DNA of 32,000 nt. Origin: Vibrio vulnificus CMCP6 (lineage in GTDB: Bacteria > Pseudomonadota > Gammaproteobacteria > Enterobacterales > Vibrionaceae). The stretch is from positions 1,560,001-1,592,000 of the forward strand of contig NC_004459.3 in assembly GCF_000039765.1 (NCBI RefSeq), read 5' to 3'. A model generated the notes under the pieces. That model was not told the DNA's origin and did not search any database. It worked only from the letters and a program-made list of their open reading frames with translations. A program made the translations under genes and the position numbers. This document shows positions 19,515-30,248 of the stretch, piece by piece. Numbering within the stretch: the stretch's first letter is position 1; each line of letters starts with the position of its first letter.

Positions 19515-21092
19515 GTGAATTTCATTTTGACTGATTTTGCTGCGCGACTTGAGTTAGTTGCAAGAAACCCAGAAGTGTTTAAACAGTTTGGCCGTGGTGT
19601 GGAGCGTGAAACGTTACGCTACAGCCAAAATGGTCGGATAGCCACCACCATGCATCCTCAAGGCTTGGGTTCTGCGTTTACCAATCAGTGGATCACCACC
19701 GACTTTGCAGAGTCGTTGTTAGAATTCATTACCCCTGTTTCTCATGACATCGATGTTTTGTTGGGCCAGTTGGATGACATTCATCATTTCACTCAAACTC
19801 AGTTGGGTGAAGAGAAAATGTGGCCGATGTCGATGCCTTGTTATGTCGAGACTGAAGATCAAATTACTTTGGCGCAGTACGGCAGCTCAAACTCGGCCAA
19901 AATGAAAACCCTCTATCGAGAAGGCTTGAAGCGCCGCTATGGTAGCCTCATGCAGATCATTTCCGGCGTGCACTTTAACTTCTCATTTCCTGAGAGCTTT
20001 TGGGATGCGCTGCATGGTGAGCAAACAGAAGATGAGCGCCAAGCAACGAAGTCGGAAGCCTATTTTGGCCTAATTCGTAACTATTACCGCTTTGGTTGGC
20101 TGATCCCTTATTTCTTTGGTGCGTCACCCGCAATGTGTTCCTCGTTTCTTCAAGGGCGTGAGACGTCGTTGCCTTTTGAAGCGTTGGGGAAAACTTTATA
20201 TTTACCTAAGGCGACGTCGCTACGCTTGAGTGATTTGGGCTACACCAATAGCGCTCAAAGTGTACTGACGATTGGCTTTAACAGCATTGACGAATACCTA
20301 GAAGGGCTAACTAAAGCCATTCGCACACCTTCGGCTGAGTTTGCCAAGTTGGGTGTGAAGGAAAATGGCGAATATCGCCAGCTCAACAGTAACGTACTGC
20401 AAATTGAAAATGAGCTCTATGCTCCGATTCGACCGAAGCGTGTGGCAAAAAATGGTGAGAAACCATCAGAAGCACTGGCGCGAGGTGGGGTGGAATACAT
20501 CGAAGTTCGCTCGCTGGATGTGAACCCATTTACGCCAGTGGGTATCACGGAAACTCAAGTGCGTTTCCTCGATTTGTTCTTAACTTGGGCTGCCTTGTCT
20601 GAGTCGCAACCAATGGATCAATGTGAACTGGCTTGCTGGCGAGAAAACTGGAACAAGGTGGTGGTATCTGGTCGTGAGTATGGTTTAGAGCTGCAGATCG
20701 GTTGTAAAGGTGAAAAGCTTAGCTTACAAGCTTGGGCTCATCGTGTGTTTGCAGAGCTGCGCCAGTTAGCGGAAGTGATGGACAGTGCTCACGGTGACAA
20801 TCAGTACAGCCTCGCTTGTAGTGAGCTGGAACAGTGGATTGACCATCCAGAAAAAACGTTGTCTGCACAGCTACTTACTTTGATTCAGCAAAATGGTAGT
20901 TTGGGAGCAACGGGGTGTGAGTTGGGGGGGGCATATCGTGAGCAAAACTTAGCGCATCACTATCGTCACTTCTCTCTGCAGCAAATGGAACAAGAAGTTG
21001 CGCTCTCCCTCATTAAACAGAGCCAAATTGAACAAGCCGATGAGGTGGATTTCGATACCTATTTGGCCGATTACTTTGCCTACTTAAAATAG
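19515..21092 (+). CDS. gshA: Glutamate-cysteine ligase (start codon uncertain)
   Basis: '[50 protein letters not shown]', '[37 protein letters not shown]'. Confidence 0.96.
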   Translation: MNFILTDFAARLELVARNPEVFKQFGRGVERETLRYSQNGRIATTMHPQGLGSAFTNQWITTDFAESLLEFITPVSHDIDVLLGQLDDIHHFTQTQLGEEKMWPMSMPCYVETEDQITLAQYGSSNSAKMKTLYREGLKRRYGSLMQIISGVHFNFSFPESFWDALHGEQTEDERQATKSEAYFGLIRNYYRFGWLIPYFFGASPAMCSSFLQGRETSLPFEALGKTLYLPKATSLRLSDLGYTNSAQSVLTIGFNSIDEYLEGLTKAIRTPSAEFAKLGVKENGEYRQLNSNVLQIENELYAPIRPKRVAKNGEKPSEALARGGVEYIEVRSLDVNPFTPVGITETQVRFLDLFLTWAALSESQPMDQCELACWRENWNKVVVSGREYGLELQIGCKGEKLSLQAWAHRVFAELRQLAEVMDSAHGDNQYSLACSELEQWIDHPEKTLSAQLLTLIQQNGSLGATGCELGGAYREQNLAHHYRHFSLQQMEQEVALSLIKQSQIEQADEVDFDTYLADYFAYLK

Positions 21093-21129
21093 GGAATCGG
21101 CAATGACAGGAGCCTCTGCTGAAAGAGGG

Positions 21130-21735
21130 ATGAGTAAGATTGCTCGTCGTGTGTTGTTGCTCGGTTTGGTGGGGTTATCTGGCTGTGCGACTACCCCGCC
21201 GGCGCAGCAAAATAACTTATGTGACATTTTCCGTGAGAAACCTCGCTGGTATAAAGATGCCTTAGCGATGGAAAAGGAGTGGGGTACCCCGATTCAAGTC
21301 GCGATGGCGTTTGTCAAACAAGAAAGCAGCTTTCGCCACGACGCAAGACCGCCAAAAGACTATATACTTGGGTTTATTCCTTGGGGCCACGTGAGTAGTG
21401 CGTATGGTTATGCTCAAGCACAAGATCCGGCTTGGGAAGATTTTCAGCGTGCCACAGGACATGGCGGCTCACGGACTAACTTTGATGACTCATTGATGTT
21501 CATTGGTTGGTATACCAGTGAAACACGTAAGCAGTTGGGGGTTTCCTTATGGGACCCTTACAATCAGTATCTCGCTTATCACGAAGGTCGAGGTGGTTAT
21601 CAGCGTAAGAGCTATCAAAGGAAGCCCTCGCTCATCAAGGTAGCCCGTAAAGTGGAACAACAAACAAAAGATTATGGCTGGCAGTTAAAACAGTGCCGTC
21701 AAGAATTGGAAGATAATCGAAGCTGGTTTTTCTAA
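21130..21735 (+). CDS. Transglycosylase SLT-domain lipoprotein (track ORF starts at 21103)
   Basis: Signal/lipobox 'RRVLLLGLVGLSGCATT'; catalytic context 'VAMAFVKQESSFRHDARPP', 'SAYGYAQAQDPAW'. Confidence 0.82.
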   Translation: MSKIARRVLLLGLVGLSGCATTPPAQQNNLCDIFREKPRWYKDALAMEKEWGTPIQVAMAFVKQESSFRHDARPPKDYILGFIPWGHVSSAYGYAQAQDPAWEDFQRATGHGGSRTNFDDSLMFIGWYTSETRKQLGVSLWDPYNQYLAYHEGRGGYQRKSYQRKPSLIKVARKVEQQTKDYGWQLKQCRQELEDNRSWFF

Positions 21736-21785
21736 ATCAGTAAAGTCCTCTGAGCATCAAGGACGAATAGAGCAGGAGAGAAGTA

Positions 21786-22304
21786 ATGCCATTATTAGAT
21801 AGTTTTACCGTTGACCACACTCGCATGCATGCACCCGCGGTGCGTGTGGCAAAAACCATGCAGACGCCAAAAGGCGACACCATTACCGTGTTTGACTTAC
21901 GTTTCACTGCACCTAACAAAGATATTTTGTCAGAGAAAGGCATTCACACTTTGGAGCACCTGTACGCAGGCTTTATGCGTAAGCATCTTAATGGCGCATC
22001 GGTTGAGATCATCGATATCTCACCGATGGGTTGTCGTACCGGTTTCTACATGAGCTTAATTGGTGCGCCGAGTGAGCAAGACGTGGCATCTGCGTGGACG
22101 GCTTCGATGGAAGATGTGTTGAAAGTGGAAAGCCAAAACAAGATCCCTGAGTTGAACGAGTATCAGTGCGGTACCGCAGCCATGCACTCGCTAGATGAAG
22201 CGAAGCAAATCGCACAAAACATTCTGGCAGCAGGAATTTCGGTGAATAAAAATGATGAACTGGCATTGCCAGAAGCGATGTTGAAAGAGCTCAAAGTGGA
22301 TTAA
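21786..22304 (+). CDS. luxS: S-ribosylhomocysteine lyase (autoinducer-2 synthesis)
   Basis: 172 aa; '[25 protein letters not shown]', metal-binding '[15 protein letters not shown]', '[13 protein letters not shown]', '[12 protein letters not shown]'. Confidence 0.99.
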   Translation: MPLLDSFTVDHTRMHAPAVRVAKTMQTPKGDTITVFDLRFTAPNKDILSEKGIHTLEHLYAGFMRKHLNGASVEIIDISPMGCRTGFYMSLIGAPSEQDVASAWTASMEDVLKVESQNKIPELNEYQCGTAAMHSLDEAKQIAQNILAAGISVNKNDELALPEAMLKELKVD

Positions 22305-22333
22305 CCCATCGCGTACTAACATCATAAAAAAAG

Positions 22334-22363
22334 AAAGGCCCAGTGTTCACGCTGGGCCTTTTC
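22334..22363. terminator. Terminator between convergent luxS and the CorC-like gene
   Basis: aaaggcccag-tgttcac-gctgggcctttt between convergent ORFs. Confidence 0.82.
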
Positions 22364-22393
22364 ATTCCTTGGTGTAAAGTCGGGCTAATGCCG

Positions 22394-23671
22394 TTAGGTC
22401 GTTTTGCGTTTTCGCTTAGGAAAGACTTTTACCGACTTAATTCGGTTTTCTTCAAGTTCCACAATTTCCATCGCGTGGCCGGCCACTTTCACACTGAGGT
22501 GGCTTTCTGGAATGTCTTCTAAGTGCTCCAAAATTAAGCCATTGAGTGTTCTAGGACCATCGGTTGGCAGTTTCCATTTCAAACCTTTATTGATATCACG
22601 GATGTTGGTGCTTCCTTCAATAAGGAAACTGCCGTCGCCTTGCGGAGTAATCTCATCTGAAAGGCTTGGTGCAATCGAGGTGGTAAATTCACCCACGATC
22701 TCTTCTAGAATGTCTTCCAGTGTCACTAGGCCGATAATATCGCCATATTCATCGACAATCAGGCCGATGCGCTGTTTATTGCGTTGGAACTTGAGTAGCT
22801 GAACATTGAGTGGGGTGCTTTCGGGAATGAAATAGACCTCATCTGCCGCTCGTAGCAAGGTCTCTTTGTTGAACTCATTCTTCTCAAGCATCAAGCGATA
22901 CGCTTCTCGTAACCTTAACATACCAACGGCTTCGTCGATTTTGTCGCGATACAAGACAATGCGGCCATGAGGAGAGTGAGTCAGCTGACGGACAATGGAT
23001 TTCCAATCGTCATTGATATCAATGCCGGTAATCTCATTACGCGGGATCATGATGTCATTCACCGTGACGTGTTCTAAATCCAAAATGGAAACCAGCATAT
23101 CTTGGTGTCGCTGGGGGATTAAGCTGCCCGCTTCGTTTACCACGGTACGCAATTCTTCGGAGCTGAGATTGTCTTCGCCGTTGTGTTGCGCTTTCAAACC
23201 AAGTAAGCGAATGAAACCATTGGTAATAAAATTCACCAACATCACCAAAGGCGAAAGCAGTTTCATCAAAACCACCAGCAAAATGCTGCTCGCGTATGAA
23301 ACTCGTTCAGGATAGAGTGCGGCCACGGTTTTAGGGGTGACTTCTGCAAAAACCAAAACGACTAAGGTAAGGGCACCGGTTGCAATTGCAACACCCAAAT
23401 CACCATAAAGGCGCATGCCGAGAATGGTCGCAATGGCGGAGGCAAGAATATTGACAAGGTTGTTACCGATAAGAATCAAACCAATTAATCGGTCTGGGCG
23501 GCTCAGTAACTTTTCGACACGCTTAGCCCCTTTGTGCCCAGAATTGGCGAGGTGCTTTAAGCGATATCGGTTCAGTGACATCATCCCTGTCTCTGAACCA
23601 GAGAAATAGCCTGAAATGACGATAAGACACGCGAGTAGCGCAAATAAGATACCCGTAGATATGTCGTCCAA
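22394..23671 (-). CDS. CNNM/HlyC-CorC family transporter (DUF21 + CBS + CorC-HlyC domains)
   Basis: 'LIVISGYFSGSETGMMSLNRYRLKHLANSGHKGAKRVEKLLSRPDRLIGLILIGNNLVNI', 'DIMIPRNEITGIDIND', 'LIVDEYGDIIGLVTLEDILEEIVGEFT'. Confidence 0.93.
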   Translation of the reverse strand: MDDISTGILFALLACLIVISGYFSGSETGMMSLNRYRLKHLANSGHKGAKRVEKLLSRPDRLIGLILIGNNLVNILASAIATILGMRLYGDLGVAIATGALTLVVLVFAEVTPKTVAALYPERVSYASSILLVVLMKLLSPLVMLVNFITNGFIRLLGLKAQHNGEDNLSSEELRTVVNEAGSLIPQRHQDMLVSILDLEHVTVNDIMIPRNEITGIDINDDWKSIVRQLTHSPHGRIVLYRDKIDEAVGMLRLREAYRLMLEKNEFNKETLLRAADEVYFIPESTPLNVQLLKFQRNKQRIGLIVDEYGDIIGLVTLEDILEEIVGEFTTSIAPSLSDEITPQGDGSFLIEGSTNIRDINKGLKWKLPTDGPRTLNGLILEHLEDIPESHLSVKVAGHAMEIVELEENRIKSVKVFPKRKRKTT

Positions 23672-23757
23672 AACTCAAATTTTCCTTTTGTTATCCTGAT
23701 AAATGACAGTGCTATTACGCGTTATAGCTGTCCTAAAAATGACAGTACATTATGGGT

Positions 23758-24552
23758 TTAGCTCAGTATGATCTCTTTTACAAAGCGGCTACCAAAATAG
23801 GCCAGGGTTAATAAAGTTGCCCCTGCGACAGCAAACCAGGTCACTTTTTTTCCGCGCCAGCCTTTTTGATAATGCCCCCACAGCAACGTGGAGTAAACCA
23901 ACCAAGCGATAAACGACAGCACCGCTTTATGCGCTTTTCCTTCCGCAAACATATCGTGAACAAAAACAAACCCAGTTGCCAACGTTGCCGTTAACAGTAG
24001 ATTGCCGATCATAATGATTTTAAACAGCTGTCTTTCCACCATTAACAGTGGCGGTAGGTTTGGATTAATGACTAATGATTTTTTCGCTTTCAGTTTATGG
24101 TCTAGCCAAGCCAATTGAAGTGCGTATAGCGCGCCAATGGTCAACGTGGCATAAGAAAACAGTGCCAAGGAAATATGGATTAACAGCTTAGGGTCATTCT
24201 CTAAATGCTTAATGAAAGTGCTGGGTAAAAACGTCGCAGCAGAGAGATTAATGGCGGCAAAGCTATAGACGACAGGCAATAAGAACCATAAACGGTTTTT
24301 AAGCATCGCGGCACTCATCACCAAGGAGATGATGAAGCTGATCAACGACGCGACATTTAAAATACTGAGATTTTGACCATACCCTTCAAAAATGAGATCG
24401 CTCAATAGCCACGCGTGAAAGACCAGTGCCAAAGAAGCACTAATTAAAACGGTTTTGGCCTTTATCCCCGTTTGGTGTGCAAGTCCCGGAACGATCGTGG
24501 CGATGGCTAATCCGTAGAGAATCGTGGCACCAATGGCAATTATGCTGTCCAT
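23758..24552 (-). CDS. Inner membrane protein, CcsA/cytochrome c assembly-like (YpjD type)
   Basis: Multi-TM protein with 'HISLALFSYATLTIGALYALQLAWLDHKLK' and 'KAHKAVLSFIAWLVYSTLLWGHYQKGWRGKK'. Start at ATG 24552 rather than the track's 24630; divergent from ffh. Confidence 0.85.
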   Translation of the reverse strand: MDSIIAIGATILYGLAIATIVPGLAHQTGIKAKTVLISASLALVFHAWLLSDLIFEGYGQNLSILNVASLISFIISLVMSAAMLKNRLWFLLPVVYSFAAINLSAATFLPSTFIKHLENDPKLLIHISLALFSYATLTIGALYALQLAWLDHKLKAKKSLVINPNLPPLLMVERQLFKIIMIGNLLLTATLATGFVFVHDMFAEGKAHKAVLSFIAWLVYSTLLWGHYQKGWRGKKVTWFAVAGATLLTLAYFGSRFVKEIILS

Positions 24553-24765
24553 ATATCCTGAAAGTTGGTCAATAGAATGGGGCAAGTATACCTTGCAACT
24601 GAGCTCTGGGCTACGTTGAATAGAGATCAATGATAAGAGTTGAGATATTGAAATTAATAACTTATCCCCAATAGTGTGGAATAGAGCCGTTTCGCGGGTA
24701 TCTCTGATTCCGTGGCTAAGGTATACTCACCCCAATTTATCGCCGGATTAAGCGTAGAGAACACA

Positions 24766-26142
24766 ATGTTTGAGAATTTAACGGATCGATTATCCAAAAC
24801 GCTGAAGAATATCAGTGGCAAAGGTCGTCTGACAGAAGACAATATCAAAGATACCCTGCGTGAAGTACGAATGGCACTGCTTGAGGCCGATGTTGCCTTA
24901 CCTGTGGTGCGTGAATTTGTCGCTCGCGTAAAAGAAAAAGCCGTTGGTGTGGAAGTGTCGAAATCACTCACTCCCGGTCAAGAGTTCATTAAGATCGTTC
25001 AAGGTGAACTTGAAGCGGTCATGGGTGAATCGAATGAAGCGCTAAACTTAGCGGCGCAACCGCCAGCGGTTATTTTGATGGCGGGTCTACAAGGTGCGGG
25101 TAAAACCACCTCAGTCGGTAAACTATCGAAGCTGCTAAAAGAGCGCGATAAGAAGAAAGTGTTGGTTGTATCAGCCGACGTTTACCGTCCAGCGGCAATC
25201 AAACAGTTAGAAACATTGGCGAGCGACATTGGTGTTGACTTCTTCCCTTCTTCTGCTGACCAAAAGCCGATTGATATCGCCAATGCCGCTATCGACCACG
25301 CGAAAAAGAAATTCTTTGATGTTTTGATCGTCGATACCGCAGGTCGCTTAGCGATTGATGAAGCGATGATGGGCGAGATCCAACAACTTCATAGTGCAAT
25401 TAACCCAGTGGAAACGCTGTTTGTTGTTGATGCCATGACGGGTCAAGATGCCGCCAATACCGCCAAAGCTTTTGGTGACGCTCTGCCACTGACGGGGGTC
25501 ATTCTGACCAAAGTGGATGGCGATGCGCGTGGTGGTGCTGCGCTGTCGGTACGTCATATTACAGGTAAACCAATCAAATTCTTAGGTGTGGGTGAAAAGA
25601 CCGACGCACTTGAGCCATTCCATCCTGATCGTGTTGCTTCACGTATTCTGGGCATGGGGGATGTTCTGTCGCTGATTGAAGATCTGCAACGCAACGTTGA
25701 TACCGAAAAAGCGCAGAAACTGGCGCAAAAGTTCAAAGAGAAAAAAGGCTTTGATCTTGAAGATTTCCGTGAACAACTTGGTCAGATGCAGAACATGGGG
25801 GGCATGATGGGGATGCTGGATAAGCTACCTGGTATGTCTCAATTGCCGTCGGACATCAAAGATAAAGTCGACGACAAGATGTTCAAACAGATGGAAGCGA
25901 TCATCAACTCCATGACGATGAAAGAGCGCCAAAACCCAGATTTGATTAAAGGTTCACGTAAAAAGCGTATCGCTGCTGGTTCTGGCACCCAAGTGCAAGA
26001 TGTGAATCGCCTGTTGAAGCAGTTTACCCAAATGCAAAAGATGATGAAGAAAATGCAGAAGGGTGGCATCAAAGGCATGATGCGCAATATGCAAGGCATG
26101 ATGGGTGGTATGGGCGGTGGATTCAATCCATTCGGCCGATAA
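24766..26142 (+). CDS. ffh: Signal recognition particle protein Ffh (458 aa; track ORF starts at 24712)
   Basis: MFENLTDRLSKTLKNISGKGRLTEDNI, 'GLQGAGKTTSVGKLSKLL', 'VDTAGRLAID', methionine-rich M domain. Confidence 0.98.
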   Translation: MFENLTDRLSKTLKNISGKGRLTEDNIKDTLREVRMALLEADVALPVVREFVARVKEKAVGVEVSKSLTPGQEFIKIVQGELEAVMGESNEALNLAAQPPAVILMAGLQGAGKTTSVGKLSKLLKERDKKKVLVVSADVYRPAAIKQLETLASDIGVDFFPSSADQKPIDIANAAIDHAKKKFFDVLIVDTAGRLAIDEAMMGEIQQLHSAINPVETLFVVDAMTGQDAANTAKAFGDALPLTGVILTKVDGDARGGAALSVRHITGKPIKFLGVGEKTDALEPFHPDRVASRILGMGDVLSLIEDLQRNVDTEKAQKLAQKFKEKKGFDLEDFREQLGQMQNMGGMMGMLDKLPGMSQLPSDIKDKVDDKMFKQMEAIINSMTMKERQNPDLIKGSRKKRIAAGSGTQVQDVNRLLKQFTQMQKMMKKMQKGGIKGMMRNMQGMMGGMGGGFNPFGR

Positions 26143-26189
26143 CATGATTTAGGCTCTAGCACTTGTTTGTAGCTAGAGCCTAGCATTCT

Positions 26190-26217
26190 CCTCAATCCTC
26201 AATCCTCAATCCTCAAT
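26190..26217 (+). repeat. Short tandem repeat (cctcaat)x4
   Basis: cctcaatcctcaatcctcaatcctcaat between ffh and rpsP. Confidence 0.95.
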
Positions 26218-26416
26218 CCTTAGCCACTTTTCAACTTGTTACCTCCATCACAAACTCAAAAATGAATTTATGTTGGTGAAAAAGTAACAACCCCCTTGCA
26301 TTCATGCCTAATAAGAGTAAAATTCCGGAGCTTTATTTTGGTACGAGACCCCAAACTGTTTAGTGATACATGGTTTCTGGGGTTAATTTTATTTTTGAGA
26401 AAGCAAAGAGGACGAC

Positions 26417-26665
26417 ATGGTAACCATTCGTTTGGCACGTCACGGCGCTAAAAAGCGTCCATTTTATCAAATCGTAGTAGCGGACAGCCGCAATGTTGCA
26501 ACTGGCCGTTTCATCGAGAAAGTTGGTTTCTTTAACCCAACTGCACAAGGTCAAGAAGAAGGTCTACGTATCGACCTAGATCGCGTTAACCACTGGGTTG
26601 GTCAAGGCGCATCTCTATCTGACCGTGTTGCTAAGCTAGTTAAAGACGCTCAAAAAGCGGCTTAA
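26417..26665 (+). CDS. rpsP: 30S ribosomal protein S16
   Basis: 82 aa '[41 protein letters not shown]'. Confidence 0.99.
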   Translation: MVTIRLARHGAKKRPFYQIVVADSRNVATGRFIEKVGFFNPTAQGQEEGLRIDLDRVNHWVGQGASLSDRVAKLVKDAQKAA

Positions 26666-26680
26666 TTAAGAAACTAGTGT

Positions 26681-27229
26681 ATGTCGATGAAAGGTAAAGA
26701 AACAATGAGTGATGAGCGTATTGTTGTTGGTAAATTTGGTTCTACTTACGGCATTCGTGGTTGGCTCAAAGTTTTTTCCTACACAGACAATGCCGAAAGC
26801 CTATTTGATTACAGCCCTTGGTACGTTAACCAAAAAGGCGAGTGGGTCGAGTTCAAGGTGGAAAGCTGGAAGCGCCATAACAAAGGTATGGTGGCTAAGC
26901 TGGAAGGTCTAGATGTTCGCGAAGACGCGCATCTCCTGACTAACCTTGAGATCGCTATTGACCCTGCTGTACTACCTGAATTGTCAGAAGATGAATTCTA
27001 CTGGCGAGAATTGTTTGGAATGCAAGTGGTAACCACCAATGGTTACGATCTGGGTGTCGTTACTGACATGCTAGAAACGGGCTCAAACGATGTTCTCGTA
27101 GTAAAAGCAAATCTAAAAGATGCTTTTGGGCAAAAGGAACGTTTAATTCCGTTCCTTGAAGAGCAAGTGATCATCAAAGTTGATCGCGAAGCTCAACGGA
27201 TCGAAGTTGACTGGGATCCTGGATTCTAA
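26681..27229 (+). CDS. rimM: Ribosome maturation factor RimM
   Basis: '[23 protein letters not shown]', between rpsP and trmD. Confidence 0.98.
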   Translation: MSMKGKETMSDERIVVGKFGSTYGIRGWLKVFSYTDNAESLFDYSPWYVNQKGEWVEFKVESWKRHNKGMVAKLEGLDVREDAHLLTNLEIAIDPAVLPELSEDEFYWRELFGMQVVTTNGYDLGVVTDMLETGSNDVLVVKANLKDAFGQKERLIPFLEEQVIIKVDREAQRIEVDWDPGF

Positions 27230-27256
27230 TCTCCAAAGCTACAGAGCGAGATAAAC

Positions 27257-28006
27257 ATGTGGGTTGGCGTAATTAGCCTTTTTCCTGAAATGTTCCGTTC
27301 TGTTACTGATTTTGGAGTAACAGGTCAAGCGGTTAAAAAAGGTCTTTTATCGATTGAGACTTGGAATCCTCGCGATTTCACTCACGATAAACATCGCACA
27401 GTTGATGACCGACCTTATGGTGGTGGCCCTGGTATGTTAATGATGGTTCAGCCTTTGCGCGATGCCATTCATGCAGCCAAACAAGCCTCACCAGGTAAGA
27501 CGAAAGTCATTTACCTTTCTCCTCAAGGTCGTAAGCTCGACCAACAAGGAGTGGAAGAATTGGCAACCAATGAGAACTTGCTTCTGATTTGTGGCCGATA
27601 CGAAGGGGTAGATGAGCGCATCATTCAATCTGAAGTTGACGAAGAATGGTCAATCGGAGATTTTGTGATGACGGGTGGTGAAATACCAGCCATGACGTTG
27701 ATTGATTCTGTCTCACGGTTTGTTCCGGGAGTATTAGGGGATTTTGCGTCGGCAGAAGAAGATTCTTTTGCTAATGGCTTGCTAGATTGCCCTCACTATA
27801 CGCGTCCTGAAGTGTTGGATGGCAAAGAAGTACCTGAGGTACTGATGTCCGGCAACCATAAGGAAATTCGTCGTTGGCGACTAAAACAGTCGTTAGGCCG
27901 CACCTGGCAAAGAAGACCAGAGCTCCTGGAAAACCTAGCTCTGACTGACGAACAGGAACAATTACTTGCTGAGTTCATTCAAGAAACTCACCATAAGCGC
28001 AAGTAA
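27257..28006 (+). CDS. trmD: tRNA (guanine-N1)-methyltransferase
   Basis: '[31 protein letters not shown]', '[19 protein letters not shown]', '[36 protein letters not shown]'. Confidence 0.99.
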   Translation: MWVGVISLFPEMFRSVTDFGVTGQAVKKGLLSIETWNPRDFTHDKHRTVDDRPYGGGPGMLMMVQPLRDAIHAAKQASPGKTKVIYLSPQGRKLDQQGVEELATNENLLLICGRYEGVDERIIQSEVDEEWSIGDFVMTGGEIPAMTLIDSVSRFVPGVLGDFASAEEDSFANGLLDCPHYTRPEVLDGKEVPEVLMSGNHKEIRRWRLKQSLGRTWQRRPELLENLALTDEQEQLLAEFIQETHHKRK

Positions 28007-28047
28007 CCTATTTAATTTAGTATCAGTTTATTCTAGGAATATTAAAA

Positions 28048-28401
28048 ATGAGTAACATCATCAAAGCTCTTGAGCAAGAGCAAATGAAACAAGACCTACC
28101 TAAATTTGCACCAGGTGACACTGTTGTTGTTCAGGTTAAGGTAAAAGAAGGTAACCGTGAGCGTCTACAGGCGTACGAAGGCGTTGTAATCGCTATTCGT
28201 AACCGTGGTCTACACTCTGCATTCACTGTTCGTAAGATCTCTAACGGTGAAGGTGTTGAGCGTACGTTCCAAACTCACTCTCCAGTTGTTGATAGCATCG
28301 AAGTTAAACGCCGTGGTGCAGTACGTCGTGCCAAGTTGTACTACCTACGTGAGCGTTCTGGTAAGTCAGCTCGTATCAAAGAGAAACTTGCTAAGAAGTA
28401 A
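28048..28401 (+). CDS. rplS: 50S ribosomal protein L19
   Basis: 117 aa '[48 protein letters not shown]'. Confidence 0.99.
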
Positions 28402-28429
28402 TGCTATAACTAGCGTTCTCATAGTATTA

Positions 28430-28459
28430 GCGGAGACTATTTGGTCTCCGCTTTTTTTT
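28430..28459 (+). terminator. Rho-independent terminator after rplS
   Basis: gcggagac-tatttg-gtctccgctttttttt. Confidence 0.92.
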
Positions 28460-28566
28460 CGTTCATCTGCATGAGGACACGATTCTCGAGGGTGTCTTGA
28501 TTTATTGATTGCTTAAATAGCGGCAATAAAAAAGGTTGATGCGTGAACATCAACCCTATTTAATCA

Positions 28567-28606
28567 CTAGAAAACTAGAAAACTAGAAAACTAGAAAACT
28601 AGAAAA
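28567..28606 (+). repeat. Short tandem repeat (ctagaaaa)x5
   Basis: Five consecutive perfect 8-bp units, ending 2 bp before the yacG stop codon (28609-28611). Confidence 0.96.
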
Positions 28607-28608
28607 CG

Positions 28609-28803
28609 TTAATACTGCTCTTCAGACCAACCGTCACTGTCAGACATATCTGGCGCACCCGGTATGGCATTTTCTTCATCGGCCCATTCGCCAAAGTCGA
28701 TCATTTGGCATTTTTTACTGCAGAAAGGGCGATGAGGGCTTTGCTCTCCCCATTCCACATTGGTGCCACATTGAGGGCATTTAACTATGGTTATTTTTGT
28801 CAT
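28609..28803 (-). CDS. yacG: DNA gyrase inhibitor YacG (64 aa, zinc-binding)
   Basis: '[44 protein letters not shown]', CxxC...CxxxC motif. Start at ATG 28803, not the track's 28824. Confidence 0.95.
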   Translation of the reverse strand: MTKITIVKCPQCGTNVEWGEQSPHRPFCSKKCQMIDFGEWADEENAIPGAPDMSDSDGWSEEQY

Positions 28804-28865
28804 AAAGATAGAACCGTAAAACAAAGTGGTTTACTAAAAATAGTGATATTCATTCTGTGTGGACG

Positions 28866-29606
28866 TTAACTGCATACTGCCAGTTCAAAATGAACATCTT
28901 GGCTGCAGGCTTGCCCAGTTTCAAAGTTGATGAATTTGATCGCAAAGCGGTTTTTGTGTCCAGAAATCATCGGATAGACACCATACTCCATGGGAATATG
29001 AAGGCGAAGAATGTTCGCTTCTTCTGCATCGCTTTGGAAAAATCCATTGAGTGCGGTTTGAGATCTGAAATGACCAGCTTCTCGTGCCAGTTTTAGCCAC
29101 AAGTTTAATGCGTCGGAGAGCGGTTTAAGGCTATCCAACCACTGTCGTGCATCTTCGATCTTTCTCTCAATGGGCAAATTCAACCAATAGTGCAGAGCTG
29201 GAAGATCAAAACAGCAAGAGCCGCCTGGAAGACTAAATCGCTGACGAATTGAGCTGAGGAAGCGATCTTCCTTTAATGATTGGCCAAAACGCGGTGCCTG
29301 CATAAGAGCGGCATGGGTACGATCGGCCTCATCAAGTAATGAACGCAGTGTCGCTTGATCAACCCCTTCGACATTTAACCAACTGCGATAGAGTAGGCGC
29401 TGTTTCTCAATGTCTTTCGCAAGCTCGCTCTTTAACTGAATTTGTTCAAAAATTTCGATGAGATCGAAGATAGAACGAAAAAAGAGTTGGTGCTGGTGCG
29501 GCTCTGAAAATGAGGCGGCAGTATGTGCCTGTCTAAGCAGTGATTCGACTCTCAGATAAATGCGAGTCTTTTCATTGAGTGGATGTTCGAAGTTATGCGT
29601 GGTCAT
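28866..29606 (-). CDS. zapD: Cell division protein ZapD (YacF)
   Basis: '[21 protein letters not shown]', '[23 protein letters not shown]'; between yacG and coaE. Confidence 0.95.
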   Translation of the reverse strand: MTTHNFEHPLNEKTRIYLRVESLLRQAHTAASFSEPHQHQLFFRSIFDLIEIFEQIQLKSELAKDIEKQRLLYRSWLNVEGVDQATLRSLLDEADRTHAALMQAPRFGQSLKEDRFLSSIRQRFSLPGGSCCFDLPALHYWLNLPIERKIEDARQWLDSLKPLSDALNLWLKLAREAGHFRSQTALNGFFQSDAEEANILRLHIPMEYGVYPMISGHKNRFAIKFINFETGQACSQDVHFELAVCS

Positions 29607-29638
29607 CTAGCGGGCCTGTCGTCGTCTCTGACTTATTT

Positions 29639-30247
29639 TCACCGATTTTGCTTGCTCATGGCTAGGTACTTTTGGTGTAAATCTGTGATTTGCTGCAAAA
29701 GATCTTGGTCTTTTGACTCATTTTTAATCACATCGTCTGCCAAGGCGAGACGTTCGTGTCTGCTTGCCTGAGCCTTGAGTATGGCACGAACTTGTTGTTC
29801 ATCAACACTGTCACGATCCATGGTTCGCTGTAATTGTGTTTTTTCTTCAACATCCACGACCAAAACGCGGTCGCACAGAGTCTGTAGTTGGTTTTCTACC
29901 AACAGCGGTACAACGAGCAAAGCGTAAGGGGATGAGACCTGCGCCAGATCCTCGATCATTTTACGACGGATCATAGGGTGCAGTAGCGCGTTGAGCCATT
30001 GCTTTTCTTCGCTATGGGCAAAGATACGCTGACGAAGTTGTCCACGATCGAGTTCGCCTTCACAAGTCAGAATATCAGCACCGAAATGGTCAACAATCGC
30101 GGCCAGTCCCGCACTTCCGGGGGCAACTACCTGACGAGCGACAATGTCTGCGTCGACGATATCGATAGCAAAGTGTTGTTGAAAAAGATTGGCCACCGTT
30201 GTTTTTCCGCTGGCGATACCACCAGTCAATCCAATCACTAAAGCCAT
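29639..30247 (-). CDS. coaE: Dephospho-CoA kinase
   Basis: 'MALVIGLTGGIASGKTTVANLFQQHF', 'IVDADIVARQVVAPG'. Confidence 0.97.
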   Translation of the reverse strand: MALVIGLTGGIASGKTTVANLFQQHFAIDIVDADIVARQVVAPGSAGLAAIVDHFGADILTCEGELDRGQLRQRIFAHSEEKQWLNALLHPMIRRKMIEDLAQVSSPYALLVVPLLVENQLQTLCDRVLVVDVEEKTQLQRTMDRDSVDEQQVRAILKAQASRHERLALADDVIKNESKDQDLLQQITDLHQKYLAMSKQNR

Positions 30248-30248
30248 A

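Noticed and set aside
24712-24765. Upstream extension of Ffh (MAKVYSPQFIAGLSVENT).
   Set aside because: The conserved Ffh N-terminus begins at MFENLTDRL; the upstream part is likely leader/promoter sequence.
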